NCBI GenBank assembly: GCA_039545335.1
Contig: BCIN01000002.1
Coordinates: 248,001 to 312,000 of the forward strand
Direction: 5' to 3'
Source of the DNA: Kondoa subrosea
Taxonomy: Eukaryota
DNA length: 64,000 bases
Both the position numbers and the translations under genes were made by a program. Shown here one piece after another: positions 53,156 to 64,000 of the stretch. Numbering within the stretch: the stretch's first letter is position 1; every line of letters starts with the position of its first letter. The notes under the pieces were generated by a model that saw only the letters and a program-made list of their open reading frames with translations, searched no databases and was not told the DNA's origin.

Positions 53156-53446
53156 TCGATGGGAATTGCGAGGCTACCAGAGATTGAGTCTACCGCAACC
53201 GCAAGCAGCAGATTCTACTCTTGACGACTACAGAGCAACAAATAGTGGAACCCTTCAGATCAGATAATCGAGACTAGAGGTTGCTTGCTGCTTGATTGAG
53301 CTGAAAGTGCGCGGAGCGAAGCACTGGGATATACAGTGCTATGGTATGGCAGTCTTTGGAAGAGGCAGAAAATCCGCGGTCGAGAGAGAAAGTGCTTCCA
53401 CAAATAGACAAAGCAAGGCATACTAGAGGCATGTGAGGACAATAAT

Positions 53447-54645
53447 TTAGGTGCTACATCTCAACAGACTATCTACAAACGAATTCTTCCTTGTTTCTCG
53501 TCAATCGAATTCCCTTCAAATAGCAGCCTGACCTCTCACATCCGAAGTTTGCCATTTCAATTCCCTCTCAGCAGCAATGTTGAGCAGATTCAACGACGCT
53601 CTGAACTTCTCCGATTCGCTTGGNNNNNNNNNNNNNNNNNNNNNNNNNNNNNNNNNNNNNNNNNNNNNNNNNNNNNNNNNNNNNNNNNNNNNNNNNNNNN
53701 NNNNNNNNNNNNNNNNNNNNNNNNNNNNNNNNNNNNNNNNNNNNNNNNNNNNNNNNNNNNNNNNNNNNNNNNNNNNNNNNNNNNNNNNNNNNNNNNNNNN
53801 NNNNNNNNNNNNNNNNNNNNNNNNNNNNNNNNNNNNNNNNNNNNNNNNNNNNNNNNNNNNNNNNNNNNNNNNNNNNNNNNNNNNNNNNNNNNNNNNNNNN
53901 NNNNNNNNNNNNNNNNNNNNNNNNNNNNNNNNNNNNNNNNNNNNNNNNNNNNNNNNNNNNNNNNNNNNNNNNNNNNNNNNNNNNNNNNNNNNNNNNNNNN
54001 NNNNNNNNNNNNNNNNNNNNNNNNNNNNNNNNNNNNNNNNNNNNNNNNNNNNNNNNNNNNNNNNNNNNNNNNNNNNNNNNNNNNNNNNNNNNNNNNNNNN
54101 NNNNNNNNNNNNNNNNNNNNNNNNNNNNNNNNNNNNNNNNNNNNNNNNNNNNNNNNNNNNNNNNNNNNNNNNNNNNNNNNNNNNNNNNNNNNNNNNNNNN
54201 NNNNNNNNNNNNNNNNNNNNNNNNNNNNNNNNNNNNNNNNNNNNNNNNNNNNNNNNNNNNNNNNNNNNNNNNNNNNNNNNNNNNNNNNNNNNNNNNNNNN
54301 NNNNNNNNNNNNNNNNNNNNNNNNNNNNNNNNNNNNNNNNNNNNNNNNNNNNNNNNNNNNNNNNNNNNNNNNNNNNNNNNNNNNNNNNNNNNNNNNNNNN
54401 NNNNNNNNNNNNNNNNNNNNNNNNNNNNNNNNNNNNNNNNNNNNNNNNNNNNNNNNNNNNNNNNNNNNNNNNNNNNNNNNNNNNNNNNNNNNNNNNNNNN
54501 NNNGCTTTCGCAAAAACATCGAAATCTTTATTTTCAGACTTTTGGCTGATAAATTGCCGCCGGTTCGGGAATCTTTGCACTGCCTGCCTTTGTGTGGGTA
54601 TTGGTGGGAGAGATGAATAATGATGTAGTGAGGGAAGAGGAGTAT
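53447..54645 (-). repeat. Left arm of an inverted duplication (copy of ~56965-58487), interior unsequenced
   Basis: 53516-53623 is the reverse complement of 58313-58420 and 54504-54630 of ~56985-57110, with few substitutions. Confidence 0.9.
53624..54503. other. Assembly gap (880 N)
   Basis: Run of N. Confidence 1.
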
Positions 54646-54898
54646 GCCTGTTGCTATTGAGATACAAGAAGAAGAATACTGGAATACTGCGATGCAATCA
54701 GGAAGCAAAAGCATCTGGTGCTGATAGTGATGAATACTGACTGTAGCGATTGGGTCCTTCCTATGCGAATGCAGATGTGTGAATGGCAGTATGAAATAGG
54801 CGAATTGACCATTTCCGAGCTTTTGTCGAGACAGAGTTCTTGCATTTTCTCTGAAATGATATTCACATAACTTGCAACACCTCAAATTTCAGATTTGA

Positions 54899-56368
54899 TC
54901 ATACTGCCCTCTCCTCTCTTCCCTTTGCCAGTCTGTTGCAGTTCTTTTTGTGACCGTTTTCCCAAGATTGCTTCTGACATTCTGAAGAGCAGTACATCGC
55001 CGTTGCACAATAAGAGCAATTTTTGAATTGCTTGAAAAGTGGATCCTCTACGCTGTAGAGCTTTTCGGAAGATAAGGGTGATCTGACGCGTTTATGGTGT
55101 TTGAGGCATACTACGCAAACTGTTTGACCAGTGGTTGGTGTAGATATGGCTGAGCAAGCTGGATCTGAGCGAATACGCTCTAGTCGAGCAGATGGTGTAG
55201 TAAGACGACTAGCGCGGGATAAGCGATCTCCTGTTGGACCTATCGAAGTATTGGTAGGTCGATACCATCCGTGAATTGCTCGGAAGATCGAAAGATGTAG
55301 AGTGATGGAACGACGTTTCCTTGCCTCTGAGCAGAATTTTGCTTCGTACAATGAGAGATATTGACTTGTAAGGTCTTGGATTTTGAGATGATGCGGATCT
55401 GTTTTCACGAGCTTATCGCACAATTCTGCATGACGGGCGACCAGGAATATCGTATTGATCAGAGGTGACATTATCTGAGCTGCAAGCAGTCTTTCTGGCA
55501 GCGATTCTGCGAAGACAGTGTCGATGTGTAACACGCTTGTCAGAACTTCCAACTCGACGATAATGGCTGTGCGCAGAAGAGAAGGCATAGTTGGATGATA
55601 CGAAAGGCACTTGAAGCCCGATGTAGCCATGTTCGCATTGGAGAGCATATCTTTCCAAGCTCGGCGCAATCTTGTCCATTGCAGTATTAGCACATTTCGG
55701 ATACGCTGATCCATCCGGAGGAACTAGATCCATCAGAGGTTGCAAATCTTCAGAAGCGAAGACTTTGATTGCGGCCAGGAAGCAGTGAAACTCGTCCACA
55801 CTCTTGGGCTTTTGATTATCAAAGAATTGAAGTGTCTTAGGCCAATCCTTTTCCTGGAAGCTGGTGCGAATGAAGAGAGCTTGTCCTTGGACAGTTGCTG
55901 CGAGCGCTGGCGAAGCCTGCTGCCTGCATGCAGGTTCCAGATTTTTTGAAGGCCGAAGTCGACAGCATCAAGGCATTACATAGAGGCAGATTGTAATGGG
56001 ATATAGCAAGTGCGCAAGGTATATTCTATGATGACACGCAGCTTCTGCAAGTGCTGTTCGAGAAGAAGCCTCCGAATTTGAAGATGCATCTTAATCTGGT
56101 GCAGCCGACAAATGGCAAGGGACCGATTCCAGTATATACCTGAGTGTGATACCTTCATCGTCAATCGGAATGAAGTGGAGACACCTGTAGACTTGCACGA
56201 GAAAGAAAGTACAGCTTCGATTCAGCGTTTAAGAGGGTGCATGTAGGGTGAAGTGATACTCGTACAGACAATGAGGTGAATTGTTCTGCATACAGCTAGC
56301 TAATCCATGCTAATTGTCATCCCACACGCTAGTCGTTCAAAGCAAGGAGCAGTCCTCTCCTTCTTCAT
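54899..56368 (-). CDS. MYND-type zinc finger protein
   Basis: CVVC...CSYCATAMYCSSECQKQSWENGHKKNC at the C-terminus; spliced upstream exons; start approximate. Confidence 0.8.
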
Positions 56369-56964
56369 GTCTTCTGTCAGACCTATTGCAGGCTGCTTGA
56401 GAGATGGTCTATCTCCGTGGGGGAATGAGGCAGGCCTTCGAATCGAATGTAAGCCAATATTGTACTCTGCTTAAAGGCCTGTGCTAAAGCAGGCCTGTTT
56501 AGAATTCTGATGATGAAGCGTTTGATTTGGCTGCTCACACGCCAGAACGTCTTCTCAGTCTATCACAAACACCGACCGGCTGGTCGCTGAGTATTGGCAC
56601 AGGCGTCAGGATCGCAGCGGTCACTTTGCTAGTAGCTTGGCCAAACGTCAGCCTTCAACAGAACAACCTATTCTCTTTGATCTCTAACACTGATGGTTCA
56701 ACTGTATCTACATCTAACGGATCTGCTGACAACGCTGTTCTTCCGCCTTACTCTCTTCAATGCGTCACAAATTCGCCGAGATGGATCAATGTCTTGCAGC
56801 TTCCTTGCGATTGCTGCGTTTCTCCTTATACAGAGATCTATTCTGCAAATAGTTCTATGTCTCCTGTCAACCCATCAGCATAAATTGCCAAATTTTCCCG
56901 TTCCCATCTCTGGCGAAGTAATCATTCTCAGTATAGATCTTTCGCGTTGTTCAGGCAGCAGTAA

Positions 56965-58487
56965 CTGGGGCTACTTCTTTCCTTACTACATCATTATTCA
57001 TCTATCCCACCAATCCCCACACAAAGGCAGGCAGTGCAAAGATTCCCGAACCGGCGGCAATTTATCAGCCAAAAGTCTGAAAATAAAGATTTCGATGTTT
57101 TTGCGAAAGCGACATTCAATCGTCAAAGTGAAGCAGGGTATACAAGGAATGCATGCGCAGGCAATGACAAACGACCGAGAAGCTGTTTTCATCCCTTTGT
57201 GCACAGTCAAGACTTGCGATTCGTTTTTAGGTGCCAAGAGCTAGGCTAAGAATAAAGCTTGGTAAAAAGGCTTCTTGACTTTGCACCTATTTGCTCTCTT
57301 GTCCTTGGTCAACGTGTTGAATCTTCATTCGAGCTTTCATCGTCGCAAAACACCGCAAGACAGCAGCACTCTTTCGCAAGACTTCAAATATCTTTTTATA
57401 TCTCTCGCAAGCTCGTCGGGTTCATTTTAGCATATAGCATCATCATGACCGAGATCCCTCTACTTCCACAAGCTCTGCTCGACTTGGCTGTTACTGCCGT
57501 TCGAGGCAAACCTTCAACTTTGGGCGCGGGACACGATTGCACTCCTTCTATGCAATCTATTCTTGACGCTTTCAAGACTCAAGGCAACAATGATCGAGCT
57601 ATGTTGTTGGCTTTGTTGCAAGCAAAGAAAGCAGAGGATGAGGTGAGATTCCTTCCAATTTCAAGGTTGTTGCGCACGAAACTGAGGTGATCTCTTTCGC
57701 GTTGCGATAGCGCTTGGCAGCATTGAGCTACGCTTTGGCCGTGCAAGCGTTGACGGTAGTAGCAAGTCAGCAGGTTGCAACTCCTCAGCATCTCTTTGTT
57801 CCAGGTCAGTAATAGTGTCCTGCCTCTAGATGCCAAGACATTTTTGCTCACCTTTGTCTTGTGTCCTGATAGAACAATCTCGTTCAAGCTCTGTTGCTTC
57901 ACTCTCTTCTCGTCAATCTGTTCGCTCTTCTGCTTCAGATGAAGAATCNGTCGCAACAAGCATCTCAAGAAGATCGTCTCAAACCAGTCAAACTTCCCGC
58001 AAACGCAAATCACCGGCTCCACTTGAAGGTCCATTATCTCATTCGGACGTCATGAATGCCTTGCAAGCCAAGTTGAAAGCTCGTTCCAATTCCCCTCCTC
58101 CTTCCTCTTCTTCTTCGCTTCCCGCCGAACCACTTCCGAAACGTCGCAAATCAGCTACTCCTCCTTCTTCCAGCCGTACTACTCCTTTAGCAATGCAACT
58201 CCCTCCTCTTCCTTCTCTATCACCTCGCTCTGTCGCCGCTCCTCGTTATCAGCTGCCCCTTTCTTCGACTGATTCAGCTCGTCAGTCGCCTCGCCCCGCG
58301 GCGTCAGCCACACCAAGCGAATCGGAGAAGTTCAGAGCGTCGTTGAATCTGCTCAACATTGCTGCTGAGAGGGAATTGAAATGGCAAACTTCGGATGTGA
58401 GAGGTCAAGCTGCTGTTTGAAGGGATTTCGATCGAGGAGAAGGCAGAAAATGTTTGTAGATAGCTGCTTTAAATGTAGTACTTCTAA
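56965..58487 (+). repeat. Right arm of the inverted duplication
   Basis: Matches the left arm at both sequenced ends. Confidence 0.9.
57445..58420 (+). CDS. Small Ser/Pro-rich protein with an N-terminal helical block (ILDAFKTQGNNDRAMLLALLQAKKAEDER); second copy inferred in the left arm
   Basis: ATG 57445, two ~60-70 nt introns, C-terminus ...LNLLNIAAERELKWQTSDVRGQAAV (AAI in the inverted copy). Confidence 0.7.
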
Positions 58488-58914
58488 ACCATTGCGACCG
58501 CAGTCTCTTCCGAGTATTCTTAGTTGCCAGTGATCACAAGACACGCGCATTGTAGTGCTTTACCTGCAACCAAATTTGTTCCGCATCTGTCTAGCGTTCA
58601 TCATGTCTTACGATACCTCTACTCGTCCACTGGTAGCCTTCTTCAGCAGTACTATGCCTTCTCGAGCTCAATCCAAACGAGATTGGAGTGCGTTGCAATT
58701 GTTTCTGCATTTGCATGGCTTACAGAGCTCACAACAGCTGCTCGTGGTGGATTCCTTGCTTCCAAATCTGCTCTCCTTGATCAACAGCACCGCATTCTCA
58801 TTGACTATTTCATTACCGATGTTAGCGTTTATTGCCCTTTGATTGAAAGGTCAGCTTCCTGGACTATAGCCACATGCATATAGCTGATACATTGACAGAT
58901 TATGCGCTATTGAC

Positions 58915-59823
58915 ATGCCTATCATTTCCCTTGAGGAATTTGCCAAAGTACTTGATCGAATGCCTTTACTCAATTCTCCAGCTTGTTTCACTTCTTCGCC
59001 GTCTTCTTACAATCAGCTTATTCCAATTGCCGATACTGTTCGATCAGCTCTTGTACCTATTGCTTCACCAAAAAAGAAGAAGCAGAAATCTGTTCGCTTT
59101 TCTGATCAACCACCAACAGTTCATCCGTCTGCACCTAGAAGTAGATTGCAACCTCCAACTCCTCCTAAGAAGAAAAGACATGAAGATTCAACCCATCCAG
59201 ACTCTCCTTTGCCAGTTGTTGTAGAGCATTATGATGATCCCATCCATGAATGCTCCTCTCGTTCTTTGCAGCGACGAGCCCAAACTCCAGCTTATGCTTT
59301 GAATGATGCTGTTAAAATTGAATGTGACGATGGAAAGAAAGAAATGTTTGACGAGTATGTGAATGATGAGAACGTTTTCAATGATTCGGGTTTTGGAAGT
59401 GAAGAAGAGGGAAAAAGCAAACGCGAACAAGAACAAGAAGAGGAAGAGGTTGTAACTTTGATTTCACCTAAACCTGCTGGAATTCCTATGATCACCTATT
59501 CTGAACTGGATGATGTCAAGATTGAGAAAGCTTCGCCTTTCACAGGCGCTTATCATGCTTTCCAACCTTACAATGACACGGAAATGGTAGATTATGGTCA
59601 GCACGTGTTCCGCTCGAATCAAATTGCCCACATGTCCAATGCCAAACCTATGGAATTGGGTTCACCGATCAAATTACACTCCGTCAAGAGGTCTCGAGCG
59701 GAATTTGAGATCTATCCATCACCTAAGAAGGTCAAAGATCAATCTCCTAGACGTAAGATGCCAAAGCTGGAGACTATCGAGATTGAAGTACCTGTTTTGA
59801 GATTTGAAGATCAGATTTTGTAG
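58915..59823 (+). CDS. Apparently intronless 302-aa low-complexity protein with basic clusters and a KSVRF motif
   Basis: Uninterrupted ATG-to-stop ORF with protein-like composition. Confidence 0.7.
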   Translation: MPIISLEEFAKVLDRMPLLNSPACFTSSPSSYNQLIPIADTVRSALVPIASPKKKKQKSVRFSDQPPTVHPSAPRSRLQPPTPPKKKRHEDSTHPDSPLPVVVEHYDDPIHECSSRSLQRRAQTPAYALNDAVKIECDDGKKEMFDEYVNDENVFNDSGFGSEEEGKSKREQEQEEEEVVTLISPKPAGIPMITYSELDDVKIEKASPFTGAYHAFQPYNDTEMVDYGQHVFRSNQIAHMSNAKPMELGSPIKLHSVKRSRAEFEIYPSPKKVKDQSPRRKMPKLETIEIEVPVLRFEDQIL

Positions 59824-60194
59824 TACCGGTCTCAATGAGGTTAGGAAATTACTGCTGCGGTTCGTTAAAGCTTACATATATATCCTTACAGGTGATAGAA
59901 CATTTGTATCCTCAAGCTAAAGAAGCAATGTAATACTGCACAGATTCGCTTTCCCTTGCTCTTTTTTCAGTCTTACTCCCTCGGCTGTTTCCATGGAAAC
60001 GATCGCTGCTCTAAAATCGTCATAGTGTGATACTGGCCTCGATTCTGGTCTCACGTGATGAAATATGTTGCGCTCTTCATACCTCAGAAGACATCTTCTC
60101 GTCTTATTGTTTGCCTTTCGTCCGTCAAGTGTTCTCATTCCGAACGGTCACACTTTCTGCTCTAAGCAATTGATACTATACGACGGTGATTTTC

Positions 60195-61838
60195 ATGCTA
60201 TATGTTCTGCCTGCTTTGTCTTTGCTTTGCCGCCTTTGCCCTAGCACAACAAGATCGAGAAGTATCCAAAGGCCCTGGTGACAACTCAAATACCACAACG
60301 TCAGATGGTACAGTCAGAGAAGGTGCAGCTCTGGTAGCCGCGATTATAGGGATATCGTAAGTTCACTTCTTGCTTTACCTGGATATGGCTCTGATGTTTC
60401 TGCCACAAGGATTGGATTGTTTCTTCTTGGAGTAGGAAGAAGAGGTTGGAGAGTTACTTGCGCTCTTTCTGGATTCGTAGCAACTTCACTCGTCTTTTGG
60501 GCAGCTCTATCCCATGCCGTTAATGGCAGCGGTCATGATGTAGCGCTTGCCGTAATCGTTGGAAGTTTAGCATTGGTTGTGGCGCTTCTTTGCTGGTTTA
60601 ATTGGTTAGCTGGACTGTTATTGACGGGTGCATTAGGAGGATTGAGCTTCGGGGTAACGCTGTTGTTGCTGGAGGAGAATTTGGCAATTAGTAATAAGTG
60701 AGTATATTCTCTTCACGGTGTGCTTCCAAGCTGAGTCAGATGCAGAGGAGGAAGAACAGCTGTGCTTGTGCTTTTGGCTCTGATTGGAACGTTTGCTGTC
60801 TTATGGGTGAGATCTATCTTGCTGCTAAAATCATCTCAATCTGACAGTATATAATCAGACAAGACATCGTGCGACAACAGTTGCTTGTTGCTTGACAGGA
60901 GCTTGCCTAGTAGCTCTTGGCCTTGACTACTGTGTAAACGGAAATGATGGATCCAGTGCAGGCTTGAAACGCCTATTTATCGATGTGAGTAGCATAGCCA
61001 TGCAGAGGATATGGCTGATACTCGATCTTAGTCATTAAGTCAGTACTCTGCATCAAGAACTTCGAAGATTATTTTAGGCTCAAGTTTCATTTTCGCGTAA
61101 GTCTGGGCGTTATTTACTCCAGCCAAGAGGTGCTGACTCAAACTTAGCCTGGTTGGAATGTCACTTCAAATCTGGCTGTACAAGGATGCGCCGTTCATCA
61201 GAACAGACGAAGTCTTGAACGAGAAGAAAGTAGAACTTCACGAACCACTATCTCAGAGCGCAACATGGTCAAGGATGCAAAGTGTGAAGCATCGTTTGTC
61301 TTGGCAGCAGCCAAAATCGCCTACCCCGATCTCCGGCATGACACTTCCCTCGAACACAAAACTAAAGATGCCGTCTCACCAATCTATGGTCGAACGAGCA
61401 GCACATCCTTCTCCAATGCCAGAGAAGGCCGACAAGCGACATACAGTTGCGAATGTCGTGCACGATAGCTCAGGTAGTGTGCCAGCCATGACCAAGGCAT
61501 CCAGACCTGAGCGGCAAACACAATTGCAAGACCGTGCAACGATCCCGCAAACAAAGCTGAGACGCAATACGCATCATACTGGCGGTAAAGAACTATCTAC
61601 AACCCAGAACAATCGACTATCGTCTCCAACACCGCTGTTTCTTCCGTTGTCTCCCCAGGAGCAGCTCCTTACACCTGTTTTGCTTCCATCGACAAGTGTT
61701 CCATCTCCAGCCCGCGTGAATGCGATACTTGACAAGCCTCTTCCACAGCCGCGACTGTCCTACAGGCCTGACAGTCGTCGGCAAAGTACTTGGGCAGGCG
61801 TATTTGACACTGTGAATGGCGAAAGATTCATTGCATAA
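60195..61838 (+). CDS. TMEM198/TM7S3 (DUF4203)-like membrane protein with signal peptide
   Basis: Signal peptide, GLFLLGVGRRGWR, GALGGLSFG, LTGACLVALGLDY TM segments, disordered tail. Confidence 0.7.
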
Positions 61839-61846
61839 CCAAGATA

Positions 61847-64000
61847 TCACTTTGGCGGTATGAATTTATCAAGTGCGGCTTGTAGCTCTATAGAAAGAAG
61901 TTGTGAAATAGTCCCAAATGCACCTCATATAACACTCACCGTTGATCAGTAGTGGTTTACTCAAGAAATGCTGCATGCCGGCACGCACTGATGGATAACT
62001 TCAGCTGTGCGGCTCCGCAAAAGAGCTAGTTACGTACTGCATTTGAGCTCGCTCTCGGTACTGACATTTGCAGTGAGAGCTATTATCGGTATACATCCTG
62101 CGCACGGATCAGCTCTGCCCAGGAAAGTAAATCCACGTAGAATCTGACCTTCCAGACGGCCATCGCTTTCCATCTGACGAATGCATCTATGAAGTAGCGG
62201 TCAGATACTGTACGAAATCGACCAGCTAGGATTCCAGCTTACTGTGTAGCCTCAAAGCCGTTCATAATGGGCATGTTCATGTCCATAAGAACGCAGTCTG
62301 CCTTTAATTGCTCCGCCTCCAGCATATCGACTGCCTCTTTGCCGTTACTGGCTAATCTTGTGTCGTACCCAAGCTTTGACAGGATTCGGGCACCTAGGCG
62401 CTGATTGATAGGATTATCTGACGTGCAGGTTAGTTACTCAAACAAGTGTGATACTTCAGTCAGCATACCCTCAACAAGAAGCACGAGCGCTTTCATTGCT
62501 TTCATTTCTGCCGACGAAGTTCGGGGAGGAGTAGTTGAAGCTCGAGCGATCTGAGTCGATTCCAAGCTGCTGGGCTCTTCGTTCGCTTCCTTTTGATACT
62601 CAGTCGCATCTAAAACGGCTGCTCTGCTTAAGCTGTCATATCGGAGTGTCGTGTCTTCGTCGTCTGGCTCTGTAGAAGCGAACCGTACAAGCTTAAGGCG
62701 TTCTGTCTTCGTTGGAGCTGGAGACAGGTAAGGCAAAGGATTTTGCATGAGTTGCAGAGTTTTTTCGAAGAAGAAAGGCCGTTTGAGACGCAAGACATTG
62801 CTGGCAGTCATAAGAGCCGGAGATACAGCGAATTGTTCCGTATCATTGTAAGGTAGGCAGATGATAGGGCGGGGAATGGTATTCCTTTTGTCTTCGACTT
62901 TATCGTTCGAGAGAAGTATAGTATCGAGCACAGTAAGATTATCGTGGATCCAAGCGAAGTCCAGAAAGATGCTATAGAGACAATGTTGAGTTTGAATTAT
63001 CATCGTTCAAGTTAAGAGTGTACTCACAAATCCGCATCGGCCAAGTCTTTGCTTTGAGAACTTGTTTCGTTCCATTCGGTCACATCAAATTGATATCTTC
63101 TCCAGATTGCTGCCATCTTTGTCTTCACTTCTGGACTACCAGAGCAAATATGTAGCGTAACTTCCGATTTCGGTGTGATATCGTGACCTTCGCTAGTAGT
63201 TCTGCCAGACTGTTGCAGGCGCGCCAGCTGCTTTGAGGTAGGCAGCTTCATAGCGAGATTTATGGAGTCTTTGACTACTTGAGGAGCATCTTCTGCTATA
63301 TCTCTCGCAAAGCCCGCCGCAGGATCTTCTAAGTCTTCGGCTTGACTTGTCGCAAGAGGCAAGATTAATTGTCCATCTTGGATGACGGCATCGTCTTTGA
63401 TATCCGGGTCCTCAAACGTAACTGGCACACAAAGAGGTAGACGAATGGTAAAAGTTGTCTAGTCGCTATGTCAGATCGACAATCAACGGAAAACAATGCA
63501 ATACCTACCCCCTTGCCTTCGATGGAGTCCACATTAATGGAACCGCTCAGGCGTGTCACCAGCTGTTGTACGATGGCTAGTCCAAGACCGGTACCAGCAT
63601 GGGGGCGAGTCAAACTTTGACTAGGCAGTGTGCGTTAGAAGTCGTCGACCTCAAGGCTGGCTTGACATTGCTTACTCCGCTTGGCTAAAGGCGTTCCAAA
63701 GATTTGGTATAAACTTTCTAGGGATGCCTATACCTAATAAAGATGGCGTAAGCACGACTTGTAGGCTTTGTATTGGCTAAGAGACCAACCAGAATCGCTG
63801 ACTTCAAATTTAAGCTCTTTCCCGTCATTGACTACCTCTAATTCGATCAGAATATAGCCTTGCTGAGTGAACCTGCAGAAACTTAAGCGATATGCAGGAA
63901 AGCCACTACATCACAGGGGACTAACTTTAGCGAATTGGACGTCAGGTTCATCACTATCCGGCTGACATAGGTCTCATCTATGAAGACCGTTTCGGGTACA
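61847..64000 (-). CDS. Hybrid sensor histidine kinase, 3' part (HATPase_c plus receiver)
   Basis: KFTQQG, VSDSGIGIP, AFSQAD..LTRPHAGTGLGLAI, VEDNPINQ, VLMDMNMPIMNGFEAT, IIALTANV, FLSKP. Confidence 0.92.

Noticed and set aside
53516..54885. Long ORFs of 309-431 aa in the ORF track
   Set aside because: Artefacts of translating through the N gap
53447..58487. Inverted arms as transposon TIRs or a pheromone/MAT locus
   Set aside because: The arms contain a spliced cellular-type gene; no transposase, target-site duplication, CAAX pheromone ORF or STE3 receptor is visible

Overview
Compact, intron-dense eukaryotic DNA, most likely a basidiomycete fungus. A Pucciniomycotina-type yeast is my inference, from ~50-55 nt introns, frequent micro-exons and GC-AG introns, and DUF6534 and GT90/CAP10 genes. 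About 22 spliced protein genes are supported, including two MYND-finger proteins, an SDR, a BNA3-like aminotransferase, a Slh1/ASCC3 helicase, an LTA4H/M1 peptidase, a SIRT4-like sirtuin, a GT90, a PNUTS-like PP1 regulator, an HMG-box protein, SLX4, an S53 sedolisin, an MIT protein, a Y-family polymerase, a DUF4203-like membrane protein and the 3' end of a hybrid histidine kinase. The most striking signal is a minus-strand tRNA-Lys(UUU) gene at 2512-2695. It forms a cloverleaf only after removal of two 55-nt GT...AG spliceosomal-type introns, at tRNA positions 5/6 and 51/52, and it keeps intact A/B boxes and a T5 terminator. A ~1.5 kb inverted duplication, with one arm mostly in an 880-N gap, brackets a MYND gene. 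Gene boundaries were spliced by eye and are approximate; no database searches were run.
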